From Halopseudomonas sp. (GTDB lineage: Bacteria > Pseudomonadota > Gammaproteobacteria > Pseudomonadales > Pseudomonadaceae): a stretch of 64,000 nt of DNA. Below, piece by piece: positions 43,095 through 53,710 of this stretch. Both the position numbers and the translations under genes were made by a program. The stretch is from assembly GCF_036961105.1 (NCBI RefSeq), contig NZ_JBALWW010000006.1, positions 15,239 through 79,238 of the forward strand. Reading direction: 5' to 3'. Within the stretch, counting starts at the first letter, position 1; each line of letters begins with the position of its first letter. The notes beneath the pieces were generated by a model. That model ran no database searches. It was not told where the DNA came from and saw nothing but the letters and a program-made list of their open reading frames with translations.

Positions 43095-43979
43095 ATGGAC
43101 CAGTTCCGCAATATCGGGCTAATCGGCCGACTCGGCAGCGGGCGGGTGGTGGATACCCTCAAGCGTTTGAAGCGCTTCCTGCTCGATAGCGGACACACCG
43201 TAATCCTGGAGGATGCGGTGGCTGACCTGTTTCCGGGCCACCAGCAGCAGGTGTGTTCGCGCAAGATGATGGGCGAGATCTGCGACCTGGTGATCGTGGT
43301 GGGCGGCGATGGCAGCCTGCTGGGTGCCGCGCGGGCGCTATGTCGTTACAACATCCCGGTGCTGGGAGTGAACCGCGGCGGTCTGGGCTTTCTCACCGAT
43401 ATTCCACCGGACGAGCTGGAGCACCGGGTAGGCGAGGTGCTGGCAGGACAGTACATGGTCGAGACGCGCTTTCTGCTGGATGCCTTTGTGCGCCGTGGTG
43501 AGGAGCAACTGGGCACCAGTGAAGCGCTCAATGATGTGGTGCTGCATCCGGGCAAATCGGCGCGGATGATCGAATTCGAGCTCTACGTTGACGGCCAGTT
43601 TGTCTACAGTCAGAAATCCGATGGACTGATCGTGGCAACGCCTACTGGCTCTACCGCGTATTCCCTGTCCGCTGGCGGCCCCATCATGCACCCCAAGCTG
43701 GACGCTGTGGTGCTGGTGCCCATGTTCCCGCACACGCTGTCCAGCCGCCCCATAGTGGTGGACGGCAACAGTGAGCTGAAAATCATCATCTCCAAGCAGA
43801 ACGGCATCTATCCGCAGGTCAGCTGCGATGGGCAGGTGCACATTTCATGCGCGCCGGGTGACAGTATCACCATCCGCAAGAAGCCGCAGAAGCTGCGTCT
43901 GCTGCATCCGCTGGACCATAATTTCTACGCCATCTGCCGCAGCAAACTGGGATGGTCCAGCCGTCTCACGGATCAGTAG
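43095..43979 (+). CDS. nadK: NAD+ kinase
   Basis: GGDGS, ALNDVV, DGLIVATPTGSTAYSLSAGGP. Confidence 0.96.
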   Translation: MDQFRNIGLIGRLGSGRVVDTLKRLKRFLLDSGHTVILEDAVADLFPGHQQQVCSRKMMGEICDLVIVVGGDGSLLGAARALCRYNIPVLGVNRGGLGFLTDIPPDELEHRVGEVLAGQYMVETRFLLDAFVRRGEEQLGTSEALNDVVLHPGKSARMIEFELYVDGQFVYSQKSDGLIVATPTGSTAYSLSAGGPIMHPKLDAVVLVPMFPHTLSSRPIVVDGNSELKIIISKQNGIYPQVSCDGQVHISCAPGDSITIRKKPQKLRLLHPLDHNFYAICRSKLGWSSRLTDQ

Positions 43980-44948
43980 ATGAGTGTGCTGGAGAGCGAG
44001 CGCGGTTACGACATTATCGGCGACGTGCATGGGTGTGCGCGTACCGTCGAGCGTCTGCTGGAGCAGATGGGTTATCAAAAACAGGCCGGGGTCTGGCAGC
44101 ATCGATCACGTCAGGCGCTGTTTCTGGGCGATATCATCGACCGCGGGCCGCGCATCCGCGAGGCGCTGCATCTGGTGCGGGATATGGTGGAGGTCGGCAG
44201 CGCGCGTTGCATCATGGGCAATCATGAGTTCAACGCGCTGTGCTGGGCCACACCGGCGCCGGCAGACAGCGACCGCAGCTTCATGCGTGAGCACAGCGAA
44301 CGCCATCGCCGTCTGATTGGTGACACCCTGGATCAATTCGCCGCCTGGCCGGACGAATGGCAGGCCTTTCTGGACTGGTTCTATGAACTGCCGCTGTTTC
44401 TCGACTGCCAGGAAATTCGCCTGGTGCATGCCTGCTGGGATGATCGGCTGATCCAGCCATTTCGCGCCCAGCACCCCGATGGCTGTATCGACGAGGCGTT
44501 TCTGCTGGCCAGTAGCCGCTGGGGCAGCTTTGAGTCGCAGACGCTGGACCGCCTGCTGCGCGGCACCGACATGCGCCTTCCCGACGGCCTTACCATGACC
44601 GGCAAGGATGGTTTTACCCGCGGCTCTTTCCGTACCAAGTTCTGGGAAGAAGCTCCTCGGACTTACGGTGATGTGGTGTTTCAGCCCGATGCCTTGCCCC
44701 ATGACATAGCGGCGCTGGCACTCTCAGATGAACAAAAGGCGGCATTGCAGATCTATGTTGCCGAGGACCCGATTCTCTTTGTCGGTCACTATTGGCAACA
44801 GGGCTACCCGCAGCCGATCCGGCCCAATCTGGCCTGTCTGGATTACAGTGCGGTCAAGTACGGCAAGCTGGTGGCCTATCGATGGGATGGCGAGCGGCGG
44901 TTGAATCCGGATCATTTTGTTTGGGTAGATGTACCCCATTACGCCTGA
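43980..44948 (+). CDS. Metallophosphoesterase (Ser/Thr phosphatase-like)
   Basis: GDVHG, GDIIDRG, GNHE, VGHYW motifs. Confidence 0.92.
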   Translation: MSVLESERGYDIIGDVHGCARTVERLLEQMGYQKQAGVWQHRSRQALFLGDIIDRGPRIREALHLVRDMVEVGSARCIMGNHEFNALCWATPAPADSDRSFMREHSERHRRLIGDTLDQFAAWPDEWQAFLDWFYELPLFLDCQEIRLVHACWDDRLIQPFRAQHPDGCIDEAFLLASSRWGSFESQTLDRLLRGTDMRLPDGLTMTGKDGFTRGSFRTKFWEEAPRTYGDVVFQPDALPHDIAALALSDEQKAALQIYVAEDPILFVGHYWQQGYPQPIRPNLACLDYSAVKYGKLVAYRWDGERRLNPDHFVWVDVPHYA

Positions 44949-44955
44949 GGCATGC

Positions 44956-45795
44956 ATGCAACGAGCGCTGAGTTGTCCCTTGGAAGAAGACCTGCGGCCA
45001 CTGGTGCGCTTTCTGCGTCAGCGTGGCGTGGTTCACCGGGTGGTGGAGGAGAACGGCAAGCAGGTGCTCTGGGTCGTCGATGAAGCCACCGCAGAAATAG
45101 TTCGCGCGCTGCATCGGGGCGGGGTGGAGCAGTTACCGCGCGGTCCAGTGGACGGTATCCGGGAAACTCCCACGCGGGCCTACTGGCGGCAATCGCCGCG
45201 GTTGATCCCGATCACCCTGGCAGTGCTGGTGGTGACAGCACTGGTAGCAATTTTTACCGGCCTGGGCAGCGATCTGCGGCAAGTGGTCATGCTGACCTAT
45301 ACGCCGCTGGAGCCCACTGGCCACCTTGCCGCCCAACCCGACATGAGTCAGTGGTGGCGGCTGATTACCCCCATATTCATCCATTTTGGCATGCTGCATC
45401 TGGCATTCAATGCGCTCTGGTACTGGGAGCTGGGTCGGCGCATCGAGATGCGCTCCGGCGGCCTTTGGCTACTGGGTCTGACCCTTTTGATCGGCGTGAT
45501 TTCCAACACCGTGCAATGGTGGTGGAGTGGTACGGCGGGGCTGTTTGGCGGGCTGTCCGGAGTACTTTACGGCCTGTTGGGCTATTGCTGGTTGTACCAG
45601 TTGATCGCCCCGAACGTCCATTTTGCGCTGCCCAAAGGCGTGGTGGTGATGATGCTGGCGTGGCTGGCGTTGTGCATGTCCGGCCTGGTCACCCTGTTGG
45701 GGTTTGGCGCCATCGCCAACGCTGCGCACCTCAGCGGTCTGCTGGTCGGCTGCCTGCTCGGCAGTATCGCCGGAGCGCTGCAGCAACGCCGGTGA
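44956..45795 (+). CDS. Rhomboid intramembrane serine protease (GlpG-like)
   Basis: WWRLITPIFIHF, HLAFN, GLSG (catalytic Ser), AHLSG (catalytic His). Confidence 0.93.
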   Translation: MQRALSCPLEEDLRPLVRFLRQRGVVHRVVEENGKQVLWVVDEATAEIVRALHRGGVEQLPRGPVDGIRETPTRAYWRQSPRLIPITLAVLVVTALVAIFTGLGSDLRQVVMLTYTPLEPTGHLAAQPDMSQWWRLITPIFIHFGMLHLAFNALWYWELGRRIEMRSGGLWLLGLTLLIGVISNTVQWWWSGTAGLFGGLSGVLYGLLGYCWLYQLIAPNVHFALPKGVVVMMLAWLALCMSGLVTLLGFGAIANAAHLSGLLVGCLLGSIAGALQQRR

Positions 45796-45838
45796 CGGGT
45801 TACAATAGCGCCCATTTACACCTTTGGCCGGAGTACGG

Positions 45839-46105
45839 ATGACCACTTTCATCGACATGCTGCGCAATATCACCCCGGATGTATATGCTGCTCTCAAACT
45901 GGCCGTGGAAATCGGTAAATGGTCCGATGGGCGCAGATTGACCCAGGAACAGAAAGAGCTTTGCCTGCAGGCCATGATTGCCTGGGAGCAGGACAATCTT
46001 CCGGAAGAAGAACGTACCGGTTACATGGGGCCGCAGGCCTGCAAATCCGAAGGCAAGGAAGTACCCAATATTCTGTTTTCCACCGGTTCGGACACCCTGC
46101 ACTGA
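45839..46105 (+). CDS. YeaC/DUF1315 family protein
   Basis: ITPDVY..LK.AVEIGKWSDGRRLT.EQKE.CLQA.IAWE. Confidence 0.88.
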   Translation: MTTFIDMLRNITPDVYAALKLAVEIGKWSDGRRLTQEQKELCLQAMIAWEQDNLPEEERTGYMGPQACKSEGKEVPNILFSTGSDTLH

Positions 46106-46962
46106 TGTCGTTGCCGGAATTGCAGGGCCCCGAATTACAGGGCAGTGTGCGCAAAATGCTGGGCGCTCTGAGTGACCCATCAAGCCCGGTGCAATACCAT
46201 TTGCCGCTGGGCGAACAGCAGGTTGCACTGAATGCGGCCATAGGCAAGCAGATACGTCTGCAGGCGCTGGGCGTGATCAACTGCGTGCATTGCGGCCGCA
46301 AGACCAAGAAGAGCTTCAACCAGGGTTACTGCTATCCCTGTTTTGCCAAGCTGGCGCAGTGCGACAGTTGCATCATGAGTCCGGAAAAATGCCATTACCA
46401 TCTGGGCAGTTGCCGCGAGCCGGCCTGGGGCGAGCAGTTCTGCATGACTGATCATGTGGTGTACCTGGCCAACTCGTCTGGCCTGAAGGTAGGTATTACC
46501 CGCGCCACCCAGATTCCTACCCGCTGGATTGATCAGGGCGCCAGTCAGGCGCTGCCGATTCTGCGCGTTGCCACCCGGCAGCAGTCGGGTCTGGTGGAGG
46601 ATCTGCTGCGCCAGCACGTGGACGACAAGACCAATTGGCGCGCGCTGCTGCGCGGTGAGCCCGAGCAACTGGATCTGATAGTCGAGCGCGAGCGTCTGCT
46701 GGGGCTGGCCGGGGAGGGCATAGCTGCGCTGCAGGCGCAGTATGGCCTGCAGGCCATTCAACCGATTACCGGTATCGAGCCCCTGCAGATTCGCTATCCG
46801 GTGGAGCAGTACGTGGCCAAGCCCCAGTCGGCCAATCTGGACAAGGTGCCCTTGCTGGAGGGCACACTTTTGGGTATCAAGGGTCAATATCTACTACTCG
46901 ATACCGCCGTCATCAATATTCGCAAATATACTGCCTATCAGTTGGCCTTCAGCGTCAACTGA
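46105..46962 (+). CDS. DUF2797 protein (Cys-rich, probably zinc-binding)
   Basis: CVHCG, QGYCYPC, CDSC, VYLANSSGLKVGITR, GIKGQYL; TGATG coupling to the upstream gene. Confidence 0.88.
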   Translation: MSLPELQGPELQGSVRKMLGALSDPSSPVQYHLPLGEQQVALNAAIGKQIRLQALGVINCVHCGRKTKKSFNQGYCYPCFAKLAQCDSCIMSPEKCHYHLGSCREPAWGEQFCMTDHVVYLANSSGLKVGITRATQIPTRWIDQGASQALPILRVATRQQSGLVEDLLRQHVDDKTNWRALLRGEPEQLDLIVERERLLGLAGEGIAALQAQYGLQAIQPITGIEPLQIRYPVEQYVAKPQSANLDKVPLLEGTLLGIKGQYLLLDTAVINIRKYTAYQLAFSVN

Positions 46963-47041
46963 CAGCGCGTTTTCAGGACTGCCGCGCCAGCGCGGCGGAC
47001 GGGATTTTCATTTCCCGGCCACGGCCGGAGCGGGGCACTGC

Positions 47042-49699
47042 ATGCGTACCGAACAACCCAAGACCATTTACCTGAAAGACTACCAGCAGCCCGACTACTG
47101 GATTGATGAAACCCAGCTGACCTTCGAGCTGTTCGAGGATCACGCCCTGGTGCATAGCCGTCTGAGCCTGCGCCTGAACACTGACAAGCCGGCCGTCGCA
47201 GGCGACCAGCCGCCACTGGTGCTGGACGGACAGTTGCTAGAGCTGCTGACGGTCGAGCTGGACGACCAGCCGCTGAGCGCGGCCGACTATCAGGTTGACG
47301 ACGACAGCCTGCGCCTGCAACCGCGCAGCCCGAGTTTCGAGCTGGCCATCACCACGCGGATCGAGCCGCAAAACAACACCGCGCTCGAAGGACTCTACAA
47401 ATCCGGCGGCATGTTCTGCACTCAGTGCGAGGCTGAGGGTTTTCGCAAGATCACCTACTACCTCGACCGCCCGGATGTGATGAGTCGCTTCACCACCACA
47501 GTGGTTGCCGATCGCGGTAGCTACCCGGTGCTGCTCTCCAACGGCAACCCCATCGCCTCCGGCGAGCACGAAGGCGGGCGCCACTGGATCAGTTGGGAAG
47601 ATCCGTTCCCCAAGCCGGCCTACCTGTTTGCCCTGGTAGCCGGCGATCTGTGCCTGTTGCAGGACAGCTTTACCACCATGAGCGGCCGGAAAATCGACCT
47701 GCGTATCTATGTCGAGCCGGAAAATCGCGAACAGTGCGACCACGCCATGGATAGTCTCAAGCGTTCCATGCGTTGGGACGAAGAGGTTTATGGCCGCGAA
47801 TACGATCTGGATATCTTCATGATCGTAGCGGTCAACGACTTCAATATGGGGGCGATGGAAAACAAGGGGCTGAATATCTTCAACTCCAGTTGCGTGCTGG
47901 CGCAGCAGGACACGGCAACCGATATGGCCTTTCAGCGCGTCGAGGCCGTGGTGGCGCACGAGTACTTTCACAACTGGTCGGGCAATCGCGTGACCTGCCG
48001 CGACTGGTTCCAGCTGTCGCTGAAGGAAGGTTTTACCGTGTTCCGCGACTCCGAGTTCTCTGCCGACATGAACTCGCGCACGGTCAAGCGGATTGAAGAT
48101 GTCACTTTCCTGCGTGCCAACCAGTTCGCCGAAGACGCTGGCCCCATGGCCCACCCGGTGCGACCGGATTCCTTTATCGAGATATCCAACTTCTACACCC
48201 TGACGGTCTATGAGAAAGGCGCGGAAGTGGTGCGCATGCTGCATACCCTGTTGGGGCCAGAGGGCTTTCGCCAGGGTACCGATCTGTACTTCGAGCGCCA
48301 TGACGGCCAGGCGGTCACTTGCGACGACTTTATCCAGGCGCTGGAAGACGCCAATGGCGCGGACTTCAGCCAGTTCAAGCGCTGGTATAGCCAGGCCGGT
48401 ACGCCGCGCCTGGATGTGGCCAGTCAGTACGATGCCGCGCGGCGCGAGTACCGCCTGAGTTTCCGTCAGCATTGCCCGGCTACGCCGGGGCAGAGCGAGA
48501 AGTTGCCGCAGGTCATTCCGGTGCGCATGGCATTGCTCGACAGCAAGGGTGGGGAATTGCCACTGCAACTGGCTGGGCAGACAGATGCTCTGGGCACTGA
48601 AACCGTGCTGTCGGTCACCGAGGCCGAGCAGGAGTTCGTGTTTGCCAATGTTGATCAGGAGCCGCTGCCCTCGTTGCTGCGTGGCTTCTCCGCCCCGGTC
48701 AAGCTGAACTACCCCTACAGTCGCGACGAGCGGGTATTTCTCGCCAAGCACGATCCTGATGGTTTCAACCGCTGGGAAGCGGCCCAGAGCCTGGCGGTTG
48801 AGGTGCTTCAGGGATTGGTGGAGATTCATCGGGCCGGGCGCCCACTGCACCTGGATCAGCGTCTGGCTGAGATCTACCGTACGGTGCTGGCCGATGCCGA
48901 GCTGGATGCGGCGATGGTAGCCGAGATCATTCGCTTGCCGTCCGAGGCCTACCTGGTCGAGTTGGCTGACACTGCCCACGTGCAAGCCATCCACTTTGCC
49001 CGTGAATGGCTGCGCACCGAGCTGGCGCGGGTGCTCAAGATTGAGCTGCAACAGCGCTTCGACAGTCTGCCGGCAGGAGGGCAGTACAGCGCCAGCGCTG
49101 CTGCCATGGCCGCACGCAGCTTGAAGAACACCTTGCTGGGGTACCTGATGCTGACCGAGGATCCGGCGGTCATGCAGCTGTGTGTTCGTCAGTTTGTGGA
49201 GGCCGACAATATGACCGACCGGCAGGCGGCGCTGGTGGCACTGGTCAACTCGCCCTTCGAGCAGCAGCGCAAGGCGGCACTCGAGCATTTTGCCGAGCGC
49301 TGGGCGGCCTATCCGCTGGTAATGGATCAGTGGTTCAGCATCCAGGCCGGCAGCACGCTGCCGGGCGGGCTGGAACGGGTGCAAGCGTTGATGCAGCATC
49401 CGTTGTTCACGCTGCGCAATCCGAACAAGGTGCGGGCACTGATTGGCGCCTTTGCCAACCAGAATCTGGTCAACTTCCACAGGGCTGATGGCGCCGGTTA
49501 TCGCTTCCTTGCCGAACGCATCATCGAACTGGACAGCCTCAATCCGCAGATCGCGGCGCGGCTGGTCACGCCGCTCAGCCGCTGGCGCAAGTTTGCCGAG
49601 GATCGCCAGCAGCTGATGCAGCAGGAGCTGGCGAGGATTCTGGCGACCGAGAAGCTATCACCTGATGTCTATGAGGTGGTCAGCAAGTCACTGGCATGA
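47042..49699 (+). CDS. pepN: Aminopeptidase N
   Basis: TQCEAEGFR, GAMEN, HEYFH...KE zinc motif, NFYT.TVYEKG. Confidence 0.97.
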   Translation: MRTEQPKTIYLKDYQQPDYWIDETQLTFELFEDHALVHSRLSLRLNTDKPAVAGDQPPLVLDGQLLELLTVELDDQPLSAADYQVDDDSLRLQPRSPSFELAITTRIEPQNNTALEGLYKSGGMFCTQCEAEGFRKITYYLDRPDVMSRFTTTVVADRGSYPVLLSNGNPIASGEHEGGRHWISWEDPFPKPAYLFALVAGDLCLLQDSFTTMSGRKIDLRIYVEPENREQCDHAMDSLKRSMRWDEEVYGREYDLDIFMIVAVNDFNMGAMENKGLNIFNSSCVLAQQDTATDMAFQRVEAVVAHEYFHNWSGNRVTCRDWFQLSLKEGFTVFRDSEFSADMNSRTVKRIEDVTFLRANQFAEDAGPMAHPVRPDSFIEISNFYTLTVYEKGAEVVRMLHTLLGPEGFRQGTDLYFERHDGQAVTCDDFIQALEDANGADFSQFKRWYSQAGTPRLDVASQYDAARREYRLSFRQHCPATPGQSEKLPQVIPVRMALLDSKGGELPLQLAGQTDALGTETVLSVTEAEQEFVFANVDQEPLPSLLRGFSAPVKLNYPYSRDERVFLAKHDPDGFNRWEAAQSLAVEVLQGLVEIHRAGRPLHLDQRLAEIYRTVLADAELDAAMVAEIIRLPSEAYLVELADTAHVQAIHFAREWLRTELARVLKIELQQRFDSLPAGGQYSASAAAMAARSLKNTLLGYLMLTEDPAVMQLCVRQFVEADNMTDRQAALVALVNSPFEQQRKAALEHFAERWAAYPLVMDQWFSIQAGSTLPGGLERVQALMQHPLFTLRNPNKVRALIGAFANQNLVNFHRADGAGYRFLAERIIELDSLNPQIAARLVTPLSRWRKFAEDRQQLMQQELARILATEKLSPDVYEVVSKSLA

Positions 49700-49820
49700 G
49701 CCGGTGATGGTGGCAAATTGCCCCTCGATAGCACCAAGAGGGGCTTGAGTTAAATCGCGATAAATGAGTTACTTCGTCAGCGCAAGGCCGACATATTAAT
49801 AAAAAATTACCAAGAGGTAT

Positions 49821-49849
49821 TTGTGCGGTATCTAGTAGGCCTCTAATAT
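49821..49849 (+). promoter_or_regulatory. Putative sigma70 promoter of YCF48-RND module 1
   Basis: TTGTGC-N17-TAATAT downstream of an AT-rich tract. Confidence 0.5.
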
Positions 49850-49970
49850 GCCTTGTCCGCTGGAGCGATAGCTGAACCAGACTCTGTCTGTCAGCCTCCA
49901 GGCATGGCGACATCTGTTCATCGTTCCCTTGCGGAGCAGGGCACCTTATAAAAACAAAGAGGGGTGGTGT

Positions 49971-51074
49971 ATGCGTAAGCCTGTCAATTGGCGCGCTCCA
50001 TTCATGGTTCGTGCGAACCTGTTTCAAACGACCAGCAAGCAAAAATTTCCTGTTCGTTCAGTTCTCTCAACGTTAGCGCTCTCTGCCGCCGTTGCCGGTT
50101 TTGCCGCGCCTGGTGTGAGCCTGGCCGAGGCTGCCGAAGACATCAAACCCGCAATCGAATCCCAACTGGCCGCTTCCGAGCTGCTGCTGGACGCCACCAT
50201 CGCTGGTGAGCGGCTGGTCGCTGTGGGCGCGCGCGGGCATATTGTCTATTCCGACGATCAGGGCAGCACCTGGCAGCAGGCTGCAGTGCCGGTACGCCAG
50301 TTGCTCACAGCCGTGTATTTTGTCGATGACAAGAACGGCTGGGCAGTGGGTCACGACTCGCTGATTCTGCATACCTCCGACAGTGGCGCCACCTGGGCCT
50401 TGCAGTACCGTGACCCGGAGCTGGACGAGCCTGTGGATCCCGAAGGTCCCAGCCTGCTTGAGCGTCCGCTGATGGACGTCTGGTTCCGCGACGCCAAGAC
50501 CGGCTTTGCGGTCGGTGCCTATGGCATCTTCCTGCGCACCGATGATGGCGGCGAGACCTGGGAAGATCTTAGCGACGTGGTGGATAACCCTGATGGTTTC
50601 CATTACAACGCCCTGGCTGACATCAAGGGTTCAGGCCTCTTTCTTGCCGGCGAGATGGGTACCATGTACCGCTCTGCCGATTATGGCGATACCTGGGAAA
50701 CCCTGACCGAGATGCCCTATGACGGTTCCTGGTTTGGCGCTTCCGGCACCACCCAGAACAACGAGGTGCTGGTCTGGGGGCTGCGCGGCAACATGTTCCG
50801 CTCCACCGATTTCGGTGACAGCTGGCAGCAGGTAGAGCTTGCTACGGGCGCCACGCTGCTTGGTGGTAGCGTTTCAGCCAATGGTGAGTTGGCGGTAGTA
50901 GGTGCCGGCGGCGTGGTGGTGGTCAGCCACGATGGCGGCCAGACATTCAGCGTCTCCACCCGTCCTGACCGCATAGCCCTGGCCTCGGCCAAGGTGCTGC
51001 CCAACGGTCGAATCTTGCTTGTAGGCCAGCACGGCGTTTCAACCGCCGCTGCGAACGGTCTCAAAGCCAACTGA
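49971..51074 (+). CDS. YCF48/BNR-repeat periplasmic beta-propeller, copy 1
   Basis: Repeated SxDxGxTW boxes, AVGARGHI, LLTAVYF, GWAVGHD; long N-region then a signal peptide. Confidence 0.9.
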   Translation: MRKPVNWRAPFMVRANLFQTTSKQKFPVRSVLSTLALSAAVAGFAAPGVSLAEAAEDIKPAIESQLAASELLLDATIAGERLVAVGARGHIVYSDDQGSTWQQAAVPVRQLLTAVYFVDDKNGWAVGHDSLILHTSDSGATWALQYRDPELDEPVDPEGPSLLERPLMDVWFRDAKTGFAVGAYGIFLRTDDGGETWEDLSDVVDNPDGFHYNALADIKGSGLFLAGEMGTMYRSADYGDTWETLTEMPYDGSWFGASGTTQNNEVLVWGLRGNMFRSTDFGDSWQQVELATGATLLGGSVSANGELAVVGAGGVVVVSHDGGQTFSVSTRPDRIALASAKVLPNGRILLVGQHGVSTAAANGLKAN

Positions 51075-51101
51075 TAATAATTACAAGCCAGGAGAATGTG
51101 G

Positions 51102-53477
51102 ATGTCCCGCGACGAGGAAAACGCGACTTTCATGGAACGGTTGGTATTCAACAACCGCCTGATCGTCGTAATGCTGTTCTCTATTATTACCGTGTTTCTC
51201 GGCTATCAGGCGCTGCAGGTTCGCCCCGATACCAGCTTCGGCAAGATGATACCGCTGGAACACCCCTATATTGTCAACATGCTCGAGCACCAGGATGACC
51301 TGGCCAACCTTGGCAACTCCATTCGTATTGCGGTGGCGATTGAAGATGGCGACATTTTCACCACGGAGTACATGGAAACCCTCAAGCAGATCAACGATGA
51401 GGTGTTCTTCCTGCCGGGGGTAGACCGTTCCAACCTGCGTTCGTTGTGGACACCCAACGTCCGCTGGACCGAAGTGACCGAGTACGGTTTCGACGGTGGC
51501 CCGGTAGCCAACCACCCCTCGTATCTGAATGAAGATGATCTGGACGAGCTGCGCGCCAATGTGCTCAAGTCCGGTGAAATCGGCCGTCTGGTTGCCAACA
51601 ACTTCAAGTCGACCATCATTGAAGTGCCGTTGCAGGAGTTCTATCCGAACCCGGAAAACCAGAGCGAGCTGCTGCGTCTGGATTACAAGGATTTCTCGCA
51701 CCAGCTGGAAGAGAAGATTCGTGACCGCTTCCAGTCCGAGAACCCCAACATCAAGATCCACATCGTCGGTTTCGCCAAGAAGGTGGGGGACCTGATTGAT
51801 GGTCTGATGGGGGTTGTTGCCTTCTTTGGTATCGCCTTCCTGATTACCTTCGTACTGCTGTATCTGTTTACCTGGTGTATTCGCAGTACCGTTTCGGTAT
51901 TGGTTACTACCGTCATCGCGGTTATCTGGCAGTTGGGTCTTATCAACCTGGTCGGCTTTGGTCTGGACCCGTATTCGATGCTGGTGCCTTTCCTGATCTT
52001 CGCCATCGGTATTTCCCACGGGGTACAGAAGATCAACGGTATTGCTCTGCAATCGGGTGAGGCTGACAACGCCCTGACCGCTGCGCGCCGTACTTTCCGA
52101 CAGCTGTTCCTGCCGGGCATGATCGCGATTCTGGCGGACGCCGTGGGCTTTATCACGCTGCTGGTCATGGATATTGGCGTGATTCACGAGCTGGCCATCG
52201 GTGCCTCCATCGGTGTCGGCGTGATTGTCTTCACCAACCTGATCATGCTGCCGGTAACCATTTCCTACCTGGGTATCAGCAAGAAGGCGATCGAGCGCAG
52301 CAAGCGCGACGCGGTACGCGAACATCCGTTCTGGCGCGCCATGTCCTATGTGGCTCATCCCAATGTAGCACCTTGGCTGGTGGTCACAGCGGTGGTGGTG
52401 GGTGTGGGTTGCTTCATCTATCAGGAGCGCAACATCAAGATTGGTGACCTGGATGCCGGTGCACCCGAGCTGCGCCCCGACTCGCGCTACAACCTGGATA
52501 ACGATTTCATTATCCAGAACTACTCGACCAGCTCCGACATTCTGGTGGTGATGGTCAAGACGCCGCCAGAGAAGTGCTCTGCCTACGAAACCATGGAAGC
52601 CATCGACCAGCTGCAGTGGAAGATGAACAACCTCGAAGGTGTGCAGTCGGCCGTCTCACTGGTGACCGTAGCCAAGCAGGTGCTGATGGGCAACAACGAG
52701 GGCAACCTCAAGTGGCAGGGCCTGTCGCGCAATCAGGACAACCTGAACAACGCTATCAGTCGTGCTCCGTCGGGCATGTTCAACGCCGCCTGTTCTCTGG
52801 CGCCGGTGATGATTTTCCTGGATGACCATAAAGCCGATACTCTGACCCGTGCTACCGATGCGGTTAAAGAGTTTGCTGCCGAGTACAACACCGATACCCT
52901 GGAGTTCAAGCTGGCTGCCGGTAATGCCGGTATCGAAGCGGCCACCAACGATGTTATCTCCAGCTCTGAGCTGCTGATTCTGGCGTTGGTATATATCTGG
53001 GTAGGTGTCATGTGCTTCATGACCTTCCGTTCCTTCCCGGCCACCATCTGTATCGTGTTGCCATTGGTGCTGACTTCAGTGCTGGGTAATGCCCTGATGG
53101 CCTTCCTGGGGATCGGCATGAAGGTGGCCACGCTTCCGGTAATCGCTCTGGGTGTGGGTGTGGGTGTGGATTACGGCATCTACATCTACAGTCGACTGGA
53201 GAGTTTCCTGCGGGCGGGCATGCCGCTGCAAGAAGCCTACTACGAGACCCTGCGCTCTACCGGTAAGGCAGTCCTGTTCACCGGTCTGTGTCTGGCAATC
53301 GGCGTGGCGACCTGGATCTTCTCGGCGATCAAGTTCCAGGCGGATATGGGTCTGATGCTGACCTTCATGTTCCTGGTCAACATGATTGGTGCCATGCTGC
53401 TGTTGCCGGCACTGGCGCGGTTCTTGATCAACCCTGAGAAAATTCGTCAAACCAAGGGCAGCAAGCTGAGTCACTGA
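51102..53477 (+). CDS. RND/MMPL-type inner-membrane transporter, copy 1
   Basis: LWTPNVRW, GISHGVQKING, GVDYGIY, FQADMG; RBS AGGAG 7 nt before ATG 51102. Confidence 0.92.
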   Translation: MSRDEENATFMERLVFNNRLIVVMLFSIITVFLGYQALQVRPDTSFGKMIPLEHPYIVNMLEHQDDLANLGNSIRIAVAIEDGDIFTTEYMETLKQINDEVFFLPGVDRSNLRSLWTPNVRWTEVTEYGFDGGPVANHPSYLNEDDLDELRANVLKSGEIGRLVANNFKSTIIEVPLQEFYPNPENQSELLRLDYKDFSHQLEEKIRDRFQSENPNIKIHIVGFAKKVGDLIDGLMGVVAFFGIAFLITFVLLYLFTWCIRSTVSVLVTTVIAVIWQLGLINLVGFGLDPYSMLVPFLIFAIGISHGVQKINGIALQSGEADNALTAARRTFRQLFLPGMIAILADAVGFITLLVMDIGVIHELAIGASIGVGVIVFTNLIMLPVTISYLGISKKAIERSKRDAVREHPFWRAMSYVAHPNVAPWLVVTAVVVGVGCFIYQERNIKIGDLDAGAPELRPDSRYNLDNDFIIQNYSTSSDILVVMVKTPPEKCSAYETMEAIDQLQWKMNNLEGVQSAVSLVTVAKQVLMGNNEGNLKWQGLSRNQDNLNNAISRAPSGMFNAACSLAPVMIFLDDHKADTLTRATDAVKEFAAEYNTDTLEFKLAAGNAGIEAATNDVISSSELLILALVYIWVGVMCFMTFRSFPATICIVLPLVLTSVLGNALMAFLGIGMKVATLPVIALGVGVGVDYGIYIYSRLESFLRAGMPLQEAYYETLRSTGKAVLFTGLCLAIGVATWIFSAIKFQADMGLMLTFMFLVNMIGAMLLLPALARFLINPEKIRQTKGSKLSH

Positions 53478-53493
53478 TAACAGCGTGCTGTAG

Positions 53494-53523
53494 AAAAACC
53501 CGCCTTGATCGGCGGGTTTTTTT
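53494..53523 (+). terminator. Intrinsic terminator after module 1
   Basis: AAAAACCCGCC-TTGATC-GGCGGGTTTTTTT. Confidence 0.85.
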
Positions 53524-53710
53524 ATGCGCAAGAAATACCGATTGACGAGAAGTTGTTACGTCATATTGCGGCGAAAATCGTCGAACTGTTATCAATATGC
53601 TGATTAACAAAAGATAACCGCGAGCCGTTGGCGAGCAGGGTGCCTCCTCGTTAGTATTGTTGATTCCGTCTCAGTTGGCGGGTTTCTGACAACAATAAGG
53701 GGAATGGCGT